Shown piece after piece: positions 1 to 8,449 of a stretch of 64,000 nt of DNA; position 1 is the first letter of the stretch, and the number at the start of each line of letters is the position of its first letter. The translations under genes were made by a program, and so were the position numbers. A model generated the notes under the pieces. That model saw nothing but the letters and a program-made list of their open reading frames with translations, had not been told where the DNA came from and ran no database searches. The stretch covers positions 96,001 to 160,000 of the forward strand of contig CAVQUB010000012.1 in NCBI GenBank assembly GCA_963716725.1, written 5' to 3'. This DNA comes from an uncultured delta proteobacterium (GTDB lineage Bacteria > Myxococcota_A > Polyangia > Polyangiales > Polyangiaceae).

Positions 1-139
1 CGCGTGCGACCCTCCGGTGCAATTGTGAATCGCCTTGGTGAGACGCTCGACGAAGCCTCGCTCTACCGCTACCCGCGCTCGGCCCGGTGCTCGATCTCCG
101 CACCCTGCGTGCTGCGTGCGCGCGCCGCTCGCGCGTTGC

Positions 140-161
140 TCACGCCCGCGCCGGCGGCCGC
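140..161 (-). repeat. Shortest orphan copy of the adenylate cyclase 3' end (22 bp including the stop codon)
   Basis: tcacgcccgcgccggcggccgc is identical to 6006..6027; 138..161 matches 7051..7074 at 23/24 positions. Confidence 0.65.
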
Positions 162-233
162 CCGGCAAACTTTTGGCTCGCCGTGTTGCTGACCAGCAAG
201 CTCGCGGTCCGCTGGAACGCCTAGGTGTTCTCG

Positions 234-1310
234 TCAGCCATTGCGCTCGAGCAGCTCGAGGGCTTCGGCGCGATCGATCTCGTCGAGGCTCTCGATGGCG
301 CCTTCCAGAGCGGCGTCGTCAATCAGACTCGGACCCTCGTCGCTCAGACGTACCGCAAGCTGCACCAGCGGGGGTGACGCTGGGCCAATGCGTCGTCGCA
401 CCTCTTCGCGCACACCGGGTGAGCGAGCAGCGAGCAGCGCGTAGGCCGCCGCCGCCCGTGCATCGATCGGCGCCGCCACGTTCTCCAGCGTCGCCAGCAC
501 CTGCTCCTCGCTCACGCGAACGCGATAGTTGCCGGCGCGGGCTGCCGCCAAGAGCCGCCGCGAGCCGTCCAGCCACTCACGCATGGTCCGCTCTCCCCGG
601 CGGAGTTCCGCGGGGCATTCCTCACCTGCTTGTGCGTCCGTGATGCCCGCCTCGATCGCGTCGCAGAGGGCATGTCCGCGCTCCAGAGCGCGCTTGCCGA
701 GCAGCGGCAGCTCCACCACCGCGCGTCCCGTGCGGTCGCGGACCACGAGCCGCGGGGACAAACCGCGGACCTGAACGCGCGCGTCGCGCAATAGGTCGAA
801 CGGCCAGTAGCTGGAGGCACCGCGGCGCCGCAGGCGCACGCCGCCCTCGTCCACGCCGAGCTCGACCGACAGGGTGCCCCAGAGTGGCCGTGCCAAGAGC
901 CCGGTCGCGATGACGGCGAAGAGCCCCGCGAAGACTGCCGGCAAGAGATGAAACACGTCGAAGCTCTCCAGCTTCGAAATGTCATTGACGCCCGACACCA
1001 CCGTGATGAGAAGCAGCACGCCGAAACCCAGCGCCAGGCATTGGTCCAAGGTGAGCACGATCCCCCGCTTGTGCGTCTCCTGCTCCGGTGGCAGCGCGCC
1101 AATCTCGTTCAGGCCGGCGAACAACAGCACGAGCAACGGGCCTGCGACCCACACGACCAACGGCCACCCCTCGCCCCGCGTGAGAGCGGGCAGCGTCAGC
1201 CCGATGCCCGCCGTGCCCACGAGCGCGTAGAGCACCGCGCGCAGCGCCACGCGGAGCGGCACGCTCCAAATCTTGCGGAACCACAGCACCGGTTCTTTCG
1301 CGCGGCTCAA
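234..1310 (-). CDS. Hypothetical membrane protein (about 4 N-terminal TM segments plus a soluble C-terminal domain)
   Basis: 358-aa ORF with hydrophobic helices and protein-like composition; TTG start 8 nt after a TATGTT -10-like box. Confidence 0.75.
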   Translation of the reverse strand: MSRAKEPVLWFRKIWSVPLRVALRAVLYALVGTAGIGLTLPALTRGEGWPLVVWVAGPLLVLLFAGLNEIGALPPEQETHKRGIVLTLDQCLALGFGVLLLITVVSGVNDISKLESFDVFHLLPAVFAGLFAVIATGLLARPLWGTLSVELGVDEGGVRLRRRGASSYWPFDLLRDARVQVRGLSPRLVVRDRTGRAVVELPLLGKRALERGHALCDAIEAGITDAQAGEECPAELRRGERTMREWLDGSRRLLAAARAGNYRVRVSEEQVLATLENVAAPIDARAAAAYALLAARSPGVREEVRRRIGPASPPLVQLAVRLSDEGPSLIDDAALEGAIESLDEIDRAEALELLERNG

Positions 1311-1700
1311 GGCGAGCGAACATACATCGCCGGCACATGCGATGGGTACTCACACGCGCTCGGCGAAGCGCGACCGCACTCTCGTTCAGCGCGTCCAGGG
1401 GAACCGCGGTCCCATGCGGGCAGATCCACTCCTGGCTGCGGGTTTCTTCCCTCTTCCGCCGCGGCGATGATGTAGCCCAGCACGCAGAGCCCGCAGCGGC
1501 GCTCGAGCAGGGGCCCCCTCACGACGTTCGGGTCGAGCTCGGTGAGCCGCGACCCCAGCGTCGCCTCGGTCGGCTTCGCCCACTCATCGTCGATCTGTTC
1601 CTTGCGGAATGCCCGGACGTAGCCGTTGAAGATGCCGACATCGGGAAACTCGTTGGTGGGCGCTGCCGGCGCAAACCAGCACTGGCAACGCGCGCCCGTC
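1307..1700 (-). pseudogene. Possible gene remnant
   Basis: The central segment VGIFNGYVRAFRKEQIDDEWAKPTEATLGSRL...RRCGLCVLGY reads like real protein; the flanks do not and there is no clear start. Confidence 0.3.
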
Positions 1701-1811
1701 AGCCGCGTAGTAGATGGCAGCCGCGGACCAAGATGGCAGCCGCTCGAGCGCATCCGGGGCGCCACGGTCCTGATGGTGCCGCTCCGTCGAGCAGCGCGCC
1801 GGCGCTCGCGC

Positions 1812-2360
1812 TCAGCAGCTCGTTGTACACTCGATGCGCGAGAGCTTGGCGCTGCCGGCTCCGTAGATGCAGCCCCACAGATCACCGTTCGCGTCGCAGC
1901 AGTATTGGCCGACCCCCCCACCCCCGAACACGGGCAGACTTTTGCAGTCCGATGAGCCAGCGACCAAGCCATCCGGGCACGCACGCACGGTGCCGCCGGG
2001 ATCTGCGCCTTGGAAGCCGCACTGGTAGAGATCCTGAGAAGCGTCCCAGCCGCATTGCGTCACGGGCGCGCATGAGCCGCCCGCCCCCGCGGCGCCTGCG
2101 GCCCCGCCAGTGCCACCGGTGGCCCCGCCTGCGCCACCGGTGGCCCCGCCTGCGCCGCCGGTGGTTCCGCCGACCGCGCCCGTGCCGCCAGCGGAGCCTG
2201 CTGTGCCGCCCGCGCCGCCCGCGCCGCCCGCGCCGCCCGCGCCGCTACCGCCCGATCCGCCGCTACCACGAGGCACTGATTCGTCCTCATCCTCGCTGCA
2301 GCCGACCAGGCTGAGCCCGACCAAGAAACACGTCGCCACCCCCAAACGCTTGAGATTCAT
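1812..2360 (-). CDS. Lipoprotein with Gly-rich linker and small Cys-rich C-terminal domain
   Basis: MNLKRLGVATCFLVGLSLVGC lipobox signal, GGAG/GGAT linker, C-terminal domain with 9 Cys. Confidence 0.85.
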   Translation of the reverse strand: MNLKRLGVATCFLVGLSLVGCSEDEDESVPRGSGGSGGSGAGGAGGAGGAGGTAGSAGGTGAVGGTTGGAGGATGGAGGATGGTGGAAGAAGAGGSCAPVTQCGWDASQDLYQCGFQGADPGGTVRACPDGLVAGSSDCKSLPVFGGGGVGQYCCDANGDLWGCIYGAGSAKLSRIECTTSC

Positions 2361-2612
2361 CGCGCTAGCGTGCCAGCGCCAGGGCCGGAGCGACAGCGGC
2401 GGTTTCGGGGGTTTATGGGGGATGTGGGGCCGAGCTGGGTCGGGTGGCGCGGGACCGCTAGCTGAACATGCAACTCGCGCATCACGCCGCCGACAGCCAC
2501 CCACAACCTGTTCAACTCGCTTGCCGCTGCCCTTGCTGATGGCGGCGCTCGCGGCAGGGGGAAGTGGCGCCTCGTGTCCAGGGGCGTTCGTCTCAGGACG
2601 CAAGCAAAAATT

Positions 2613-3074
2613 TCAAGCCGCACGGGCGCGCAGGTACGCGACGCTGCCCGGCAGGTCGCGGATCAGCCGCAGCAGGATGTCCATCGCCGCCGTCTGAACG
2701 TTGCGCCCGGACTCCCAGCGGGAAACCGTGTTCGCGCCGAGGCGCAGGAGTCGCGCCAGGTCGCTTTGCTTGAGCTCGAACTGCGCCCGAATGGCGCGGA
2801 TCTCGTCGGCCGAGAGCAGCCCGTGCTTCTTCCGGTAGATTCCGATCGCGTCCTCGTGGAGCCGCTTGGCCTCCCGGAACCGCAGCACGATCTCTCCGCA
2901 CTTCGGGCACTTCAGGTGCGACGCCGACGGCACCGCGATCTCCTCTCCGTTGATCGGCAGCTTCAGCCGCCCGCGTGCTTCCCTCATCATCGTTCCGCAG
3001 GCCGGGCAAGCGTCGGCGGGAAGCTCGCGACCACGACGCGCTGCTTGGCGTGGCTTGCTACCCTTCTTCGTCAT
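2613..3074 (-). CDS. mqsA: MqsA-family antitoxin (zinc finger plus Cro/C1 HTH)
   Basis: CPACG...CPKCGE zinc ribbon, then LSADEIRAIR...QSDLARLL...TVSRWESG HTH; overlaps the upstream toxin gene. Confidence 0.9.
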   Translation of the reverse strand: MTKKGSKPRQAARRGRELPADACPACGTMMREARGRLKLPINGEEIAVPSASHLKCPKCGEIVLRFREAKRLHEDAIGIYRKKHGLLSADEIRAIRAQFELKQSDLARLLRLGANTVSRWESGRNVQTAAMDILLRLIRDLPGSVAYLRARAA

Positions 3075-3372
3075 CGACAGCCTCGTCCTCGTGGAACGAC
3101 ACGATCACGCAGTCTTCTCGGAGCACGATCTTGACGTAGATGATCCGTCCCTCGACGGCGGGCTTGAAGACGTACATCCACTCGCCCGTCACCTCGGACG
3201 CAAGGCGACCGGCCGAGTCGGTCGGGCTCAGGCCCTCGACCACCTGGCGCACGTCTTCCACTGCGAGGCCCAGGGCGACCGCCTCTCGGTCGGCCTTGTA
3301 CGTCAGACGCACGCACCCCTGGGACCCGAGCGCGTGGATGCGCATCAAGTCCCTGGGTAGCCAGCGCGGCAT
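3058..3372 (-). CDS. mqsR: MqsR-family type II toxin (mRNA interferase)
   Basis: 104 aa, WMYVFKP...IYVKI...IVSFHE C-terminus, directly upstream of the MqsA-like gene. Confidence 0.85.
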   Translation of the reverse strand: MPRWLPRDLMRIHALGSQGCVRLTYKADREAVALGLAVEDVRQVVEGLSPTDSAGRLASEVTGEWMYVFKPAVEGRIIYVKIVLREDCVIVSFHEDEAVDDEEG

Positions 3373-3382
3373 GTCGAAGGTC

Positions 3383-3416
3383 CATAACCTTGTGAGAGAT
3401 TATGCATATGGTTATT
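3383..3416 (-). promoter_or_regulatory. AT-rich promoter and palindromic operator of the TA operon
   Basis: CATAACCT-N6-AGATTATG imperfect palindrome (7/8) plus a further GGTTAT half-site; resembles AACCT-type MqsA operators. Confidence 0.55.
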
Positions 3417-3754
3417 CGAAGCGTCGAGCGCTGGATTGGGCAGCGCGAGGCGCGGCACGGCAAGCGAGAGAGAGCGAAGGTCGTGCCCAGCTCGAAGCTG
3501 ACGAGATTCGTGAGTTTTCAAGTGCCCGCGGGGGCGGCGATCGCCACTCTTCGCCAGGTGATCGCCACCCGCGGGCCCCTCGGGAGCGCCCGGTCCCCAC
3601 CGACGTCTCGACGCGCCACAAGCGCCAGGCGGTTCGGTGAGCCGCTGAGGTCGCCATCGCCGCACAGACCCGCAAGAGGTGCTCGGGCGCCTCTTCGTCC
3701 GGCAAGGGGAGGCAGCGACAATCGCGGGCTCAGCCTTCCCTCATCATCGTGCCG

Positions 3755-3848
3755 CAGAACACCTGGACCCAGCTCGCCGATGGCACGAACCAGACGCAGA
3801 CCAGCCGTGCCGGTCGTGGGTCTCTGTCCTCGAGTCGGGAGTGGCTGA
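3755..3848 (+). pseudogene. Frameshifted 3'-end remnant of an RCC1-repeat paralog
   Basis: QNTWTQLADGTNQTQTS/(shift)/VPVVGLCP parallels QNSASQLGDGTTLGMQTSPVPVVGLCP at the end of 4809..6005. Confidence 0.7.
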
Positions 3849-3929
3849 TCACGCCCGCGCCGGTGGCCGCAGGCTCGCCCGCGGCCCGATCAACACATAC
3901 GTCTTCATCTCGCCCTTGCCCTTCACCTC
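3849..3929 (-). repeat. Orphan copy of the adenylate cyclase 3' end (81 bp)
   Basis: Identical by eye to 7053..7133. Confidence 0.9.
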
Positions 3930-4326
3930 TTGTCCTGCCTCCCCCGGTCGTTGCTCGCCGCGCTATCGCGCGGCTGCGCGCCGCCTGCCCCCTCCTTATC
4001 CGGCAAGCGCCAGCGGCGGTCGAGTTGTGACAGCGTTGCGGGCTCGAGGGCGCTTGCACGCACGGAATGACCTCCGCCGACGCTTGCTCGGATGGAGGGG
4101 GCGCGTCGTGCCGAGACTGGCTGCAGGCCGAGTTGCGGTGGGGTCGCGCACCAGTCGGCGTCGCTGGGTGCGCAGGCACTCGAGGGCGGCTGCGGCTGCT
4201 CACTCCCGGGTCCGCGTCTGCCGCGCGGCGCAGCGTGGGCTCTGCCCGGGCTCGGGGTGGCGATCCGGCGCACTTGCGGTCCACCCCAGGGCGATGAGCT
4301 TGCGTTTGTGGTATTTTCTGGAGGGA

Positions 4327-4793
4327 TGCGTTCTACAACGCCAGCGGCTCCGGTCATCAAGAACGTCCTGCTGAGCGGCGCGCTCGACGGCGACCTCGCG
4401 ACCGTGAAGCTCACGGTCGACGTGACCGATCCCGATGGGTTGTCCGACATCGCCGGCGGGAAGCTCTTCTCGAAGGACAAGTCGAAGTTCCTGGGCGCAT
4501 TCACCCAGCTCAGCGGAGGGACGTTCACGACGGACTTGACCTGGAAGACCGTGAACGAAGTCGAAACGCTTGGGCTTCAAGTGCCACTGTGCCTGTCAGA
4601 AGGCTACGCAGGTCGCGCCGCAACTGGCGCAGCTCACTTCCACCTGCTGCTCTCGGCTCGCCGTGTTCGACGCAGCGTCCGTGAACTCGATGAGCTCGAA
4701 TCGCGTGGTGGTCGCGCCTTCCGTGAGGAGGATGCAGTGAACGGCTGCGCAGACCCATGCGGGCCCACGGGTTGCGCTTGCGACTGCGGGTGA
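4327..4793 (+). pseudogene. Decayed secreted-protein gene with an apparent internal inversion
   Basis: The + strand gives PVIKNVLLS...VTDPDGLSDIAGG...LTWKTVNEVETLG; the natural continuation TEGATTTRFELIEFTDAASNTASRE lies on the - strand at 4580..4723; a Cys-rich tail resumes on +. Confidence 0.55.
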
Positions 4794-4808
4794 CCAGCGA
4801 GGTCGAAC

Positions 4809-6005
4809 ATGCCAACTCCATCCAGTCGGAACGGTCGGATCTGGGTCGTCTTGGTGGCGCTGGTGGGGGCGGGGTGCGGGGCTGAGCAAATCGACGGCAC
4901 GGGCGCCGCGGGCGGAGGCGGCGTCACGCACTCCGGCGGCAACGGTGGGACCGCTGGGGTGGGCGGAGTTGCGCCTGACGCAGGGGGTGGCGGTGGCTGC
5001 GTGAGGCAGATCGGCGCAAGTTGGGAATTCACGTGCGCGGTGAGGACCGACGACAGCGCTTGGTGCTGGGGAGATGCGGGCTACGCGTTCTTGGACGACT
5101 TCGTCCAAAGCGCCCACCCGGTTCGGCTGACCTCCTTCGGGACGGAGGTGGTCCAGATCGCGGCGGGCTGGCATCACGCGTGCGCGCTCACCAAGGCGGG
5201 AGCCGTCTCCTGCTGGGGCTCCAACGACGCCGGACAACTCGGTAGCGATGGGGTCTCGACGACCGCGATCGGCTCGGACGTAGTGTCCGTCGCATCCCGC
5301 CACAAGCACACCTGCGTGGTGAGAGTCGATGGCAGCGTGTGGTGCTGGGGCAGCAACTACTCCGGGCAAATCGGCGACGGAACGACGGTCGACCAGCCGC
5401 TGCCGAAGCGAGTCAATTCCGTCGGTGCGGGCGTCACCCAAGTAACCGTAGGCGACGGCCACAGCTGCGCGGCCACCAGCGACGGGACAGTTTGGTGTTG
5501 GGGCTTCAACCACAACGGCCAACTCGGCGACGGAACGACCGAGGCCAAGACGACCCCGACGCCGGTGTTCAAGCTCGCAACGCCGCCGAGGGAGCTCACT
5601 GCTGGATTCGATTTCACGTGTGCGCTGGAGCAGAACGGCAGCCTGTGGTGCTGGGGCGCAGGCCAATTGGAGCCTTCGAAAGTCGAGGGGATCGGAGCGA
5701 AGGTGGCGCAGATCGGGTCAGGGCGGCTCCACATTTGCGCGGTGACGGAGGCAGGCGCGCTGTGGTGCTGGGGCAAAAACTTCAGCGGCCAGTTGGGCAC
5801 AGGCACGACCGACGACCAGGTCGCGCCGGTGCTGATCCTCGGCTCGGGCGTGGTCCGCGTGGCCGGGGGTCGTCATCACACCTGCGCGATCGTGGCGGAC
5901 GGCACTCCCCTGTGCTGGGGCCAGAACTCGGCCAGCCAGCTCGGCGACGGAACGACCTTGGGGATGCAGACGAGCCCGGTGCCGGTCGTCGGCCTGTGTC
6001 CCTGA
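4809..6005 (+). CDS. RCC1-repeat beta-propeller lipoprotein
   Basis: LVGAGC lipobox, Gly linker, seven repeats of G.h.HTCA...G.VWCWG.N..GQLG. Confidence 0.92.
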   Translation: MPTPSSRNGRIWVVLVALVGAGCGAEQIDGTGAAGGGGVTHSGGNGGTAGVGGVAPDAGGGGGCVRQIGASWEFTCAVRTDDSAWCWGDAGYAFLDDFVQSAHPVRLTSFGTEVVQIAAGWHHACALTKAGAVSCWGSNDAGQLGSDGVSTTAIGSDVVSVASRHKHTCVVRVDGSVWCWGSNYSGQIGDGTTVDQPLPKRVNSVGAGVTQVTVGDGHSCAATSDGTVWCWGFNHNGQLGDGTTEAKTTPTPVFKLATPPRELTAGFDFTCALEQNGSLWCWGAGQLEPSKVEGIGAKVAQIGSGRLHICAVTEAGALWCWGKNFSGQLGTGTTDDQVAPVLILGSGVVRVAGGRHHTCAIVADGTPLCWGQNSASQLGDGTTLGMQTSPVPVVGLCP

Positions 6006-6213
6006 TCACGCCCGCGCCGGCGGCCGCAGGCTCGCCCGCGGACCGATCAAGCCATGCGTCTTCATCTCGCCTTTGCCCTTCACCTCGATCGTGCCGCGGG
6101 GCTCGAAGTGAAACTGCGTGCGCAGGCGTTCGTAGGTGCGTTCGGTGACCTGGATGGTGTCGGGCTCGGCGTGGGTTTCCATGCGGGCGGCGGTGTTCAC
6201 GGTGTCGCCCCAC
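6006..6213 (-). pseudogene. Orphan copy of the adenylate cyclase 3' end (208 bp, diverged)
   Basis: Aligns without gaps to 7053..7260 with about 12 substitutions, mostly synonymous. Confidence 0.92.
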
Positions 6214-6290
6214 TGCCTGCCCCAACTCGCCGCCGCCGCGTGGTCGCGTGACGCGGGTTGCTGCACGCGAACGCGAGATTGGAGACTAGC

Positions 6291-6866
6291 TCATTCCGCC
6301 GGTGGTGCGAACAGGCGACCTACCTCGAGTTCAATGGCTTCGAAGGGTTCGATGCGCGCGAGGGCCGTGTGATCATAGCTTCCGACCTCGCCCCAACGCC
6401 CCGCGTCGAGGCGATACGCCTCGAGCACGCGCTCCACCGGATCGACGATCCAGTAGTACTGCACGCCGGCGCGTGCGTAGAGGCTCTTCTTCTTCACGCG
6501 GTCGTGCGTGGCATTGCTGGGCGAGACGATCTCGCAGATCCAATCCGGCACGACCGTGAGCGGGCGCGTGTCCCAGGGTTTCGGAAGGCGCTCGCGGCGC
6601 CAACCGGAAAGATCCGGCCGCACCACGTCGTGGGGGCCGAGTTCGACGTCCACCTCGAGCAGAATCCACCAGCCACCCGGACCCCCACGGCCGTCGTCGT
6701 CGTCGAACGGTCCGCCAACGAAGCGCGACAGGGAGCGTTGGGCTCTTGCATGCCGCGGGAGCGGAGCCGGCGAAACAGTGATCTCACCGTCGAGGATCTC
6801 CGCCCGCACGTTCTCTGCGAGAGCGAGGAGGTCTTGGTAGCTGGCTGGGCGGCGCGCCGGCTGCAC
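6291..6866 (-). CDS. Uma2-family (DUF820) endonuclease-fold protein
   Basis: AEILDGEI.VSPAP...H, VRPDLSGW, PDWICEIVSPS...D..KK..LYA..GV..YWIVDP. Confidence 0.93.
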   Translation of the reverse strand: MQPARRPASYQDLLALAENVRAEILDGEITVSPAPLPRHARAQRSLSRFVGGPFDDDDGRGGPGGWWILLEVDVELGPHDVVRPDLSGWRRERLPKPWDTRPLTVVPDWICEIVSPSNATHDRVKKKSLYARAGVQYYWIVDPVERVLEAYRLDAGRWGEVGSYDHTALARIEPFEAIELEVGRLFAPPAE

Positions 6867-7052
6867 GCATGCGAGTATAGCGCAAAGTCACGACGGGGCC
6901 GGGCCCCGACACGACGCATGTCGCGCAAACCGCCCCGTTCGCGCTCTCCTGGGAGCCGGTCGATGGCGAGATCTTCGTGACCGTGGACTGAGCGACGCTC
7001 CAGCCGCGCCCAAGGCTCCGGTTCATCGGGGTAACCGAGCTTCGCGAGCCGC

Positions 7053-8354
7053 TCACGCCCGCGCCGGTGGCCGCAGGCTCGCCCGCGGCCCGATCAACAC
7101 ATACGTCTTCATCTCGCCCTTGCCCTTCACCTCGATGGTGCCGCGGGGCTCGAAGTGGAACTGCGTGCGCAGGCGTTCGTAGGTGCGCTCGGTGACCTGG
7201 ATGGTGTCCGGCTCGGCGTGGGCTTCCATGCGCGCGGCGGTGTTCACGGTGTCGCCCCACAGATCGTAGGAGAATTTCTTGGTGCCGATGACGCCGGCGA
7301 CGACCGGGCCGCTGTTGATGCCGATCCGGACGCGGATGGGCTCGCCGGTGGGAGTCTGGAAACGCGACGCCACTTCGCGGAGCTCGAGGGCCATGTTGGC
7401 GACGGCCACCGCGTGGTCCTTGCGCGGCGTGGGAACGCCGGCGACCGCCATGTAGGCGTCGCCGATGGTCTTGATCTTCTCGAGCCCGTACTTCTCGGTG
7501 AGCGCGTCGAGTCTGGAGAATATCTCGTTCAGCATCGCGACCAGCTTGGTCGGCGCCATCTTGGCGCTGAGCGGCGTGAAGCCGACCAAGTCGACGAACA
7601 GTACCGTGGCCTCGAGGAAACCTTCGGCGATGGCGGCTTGATCGCGCTTGAGCCGCTCGACGATGGACGCGGGTAGGATGTTGAGCAGCAGTTGCTCCGC
7701 CGCCTCGCGCTCTTGGGAGAGCTCCCAGCGCGCTCGGTGCTCGCGGCGCCGAAGCTGATCAGCGAGATGCGTGCCGACGCAGGTGATGACCGCTGCCGTC
7801 GTGACCAGAAACAGCCCTTCCACCAGCCAGCCCGCGTCTGCTCGGCTGACCCGGGCGAGCCCCGCGGCCAGGTACATCGCGAGCACGATGCCGAGCACGG
7901 CCAGGATTTGCTTCAAGGTGTAGGGGAACGCCCAGCCGGTGAACACGATGAAGAGCACGAGCATGCCGACGTCGGAGCCGCCGGCCACGCCGTAGCGCAA
8001 CATCGGGAGCACCGTGTAGGCGGCGTTGCCGATGGTGAGCGCTACCGACAGGGAGAAGGCCCAACGCTCGAGGCTGGGCAGGTAGGTCAGGGCCGCGAAC
8101 CCGAGGGCGAAGGCCACCGCCACCGAGCGCTGGATGGCGGCGTCCTTGATCGGGCCCACGCCGAAGGCCGCGAGCACCGCCAGCGCCAGGAGGTGGAGGG
8201 CCGCGTAGACGCTGCCTCCGGTACGAAGGCGGCGGAAAATCAGCGCCCGGACGTCGTCGTGGAAGCCCTCGATCAGATCCCGGGAGGCCTCCGGCCGGAT
8301 CACCACCGAACGCACGGAGGCGGGGAACAGCTCGGAGACGGGTGACGGAGACAC
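7053..8354 (-). CDS. Membrane-bound class III adenylate/guanylate cyclase
   Basis: About 6 TM helices, EQLLLNILP signalling helix, VLFVDLVGFT, EKIKTIGDAYM, YDLWGDTVNTAARME; start codon uncertain. Confidence 0.93.
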   Translation of the reverse strand: MSPSPVSELFPASVRSVVIRPEASRDLIEGFHDDVRALIFRRLRTGGSVYAALHLLALAVLAAFGVGPIKDAAIQRSVAVAFALGFAALTYLPSLERWAFSLSVALTIGNAAYTVLPMLRYGVAGGSDVGMLVLFIVFTGWAFPYTLKQILAVLGIVLAMYLAAGLARVSRADAGWLVEGLFLVTTAAVITCVGTHLADQLRRREHRARWELSQEREAAEQLLLNILPASIVERLKRDQAAIAEGFLEATVLFVDLVGFTPLSAKMAPTKLVAMLNEIFSRLDALTEKYGLEKIKTIGDAYMAVAGVPTPRKDHAVAVANMALELREVASRFQTPTGEPIRVRIGINSGPVVAGVIGTKKFSYDLWGDTVNTAARMEAHAEPDTIQVTERTYERLRTQFHFEPRGTIEVKGKGEMKTYVLIGPRASLRPPARA

Positions 8355-8449
8355 GGGCAGGGGCTCGAAAGCCCGAGTATCACAGGGTGCAAAACTTGGC
8401 CGACTTGATGGGGAACTGGAAGAAGAAGGGCAGCGCCCCACGTGTCCCC

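Noticed and set aside
2361..2378. Sigma-54 promoter before the lipoprotein at 2360
   Set aside because: TGGCACG is present but there is no TTGC at the -12 spacing
2407..2445. G-run tract with G-quadruplex potential
   Set aside because: Expected by chance at this GC content; no supporting context
3930..4326. Short ORFs between the cyclase copy and the inverted pseudogene
   Set aside because: Only brief protein-like patches; treated as unassignable debris
6006..7260. Diversity-generating retroelement TR/VR pair
   Set aside because: Differences are mostly synonymous and not restricted to adenines, and there is no reverse transcriptase in the window
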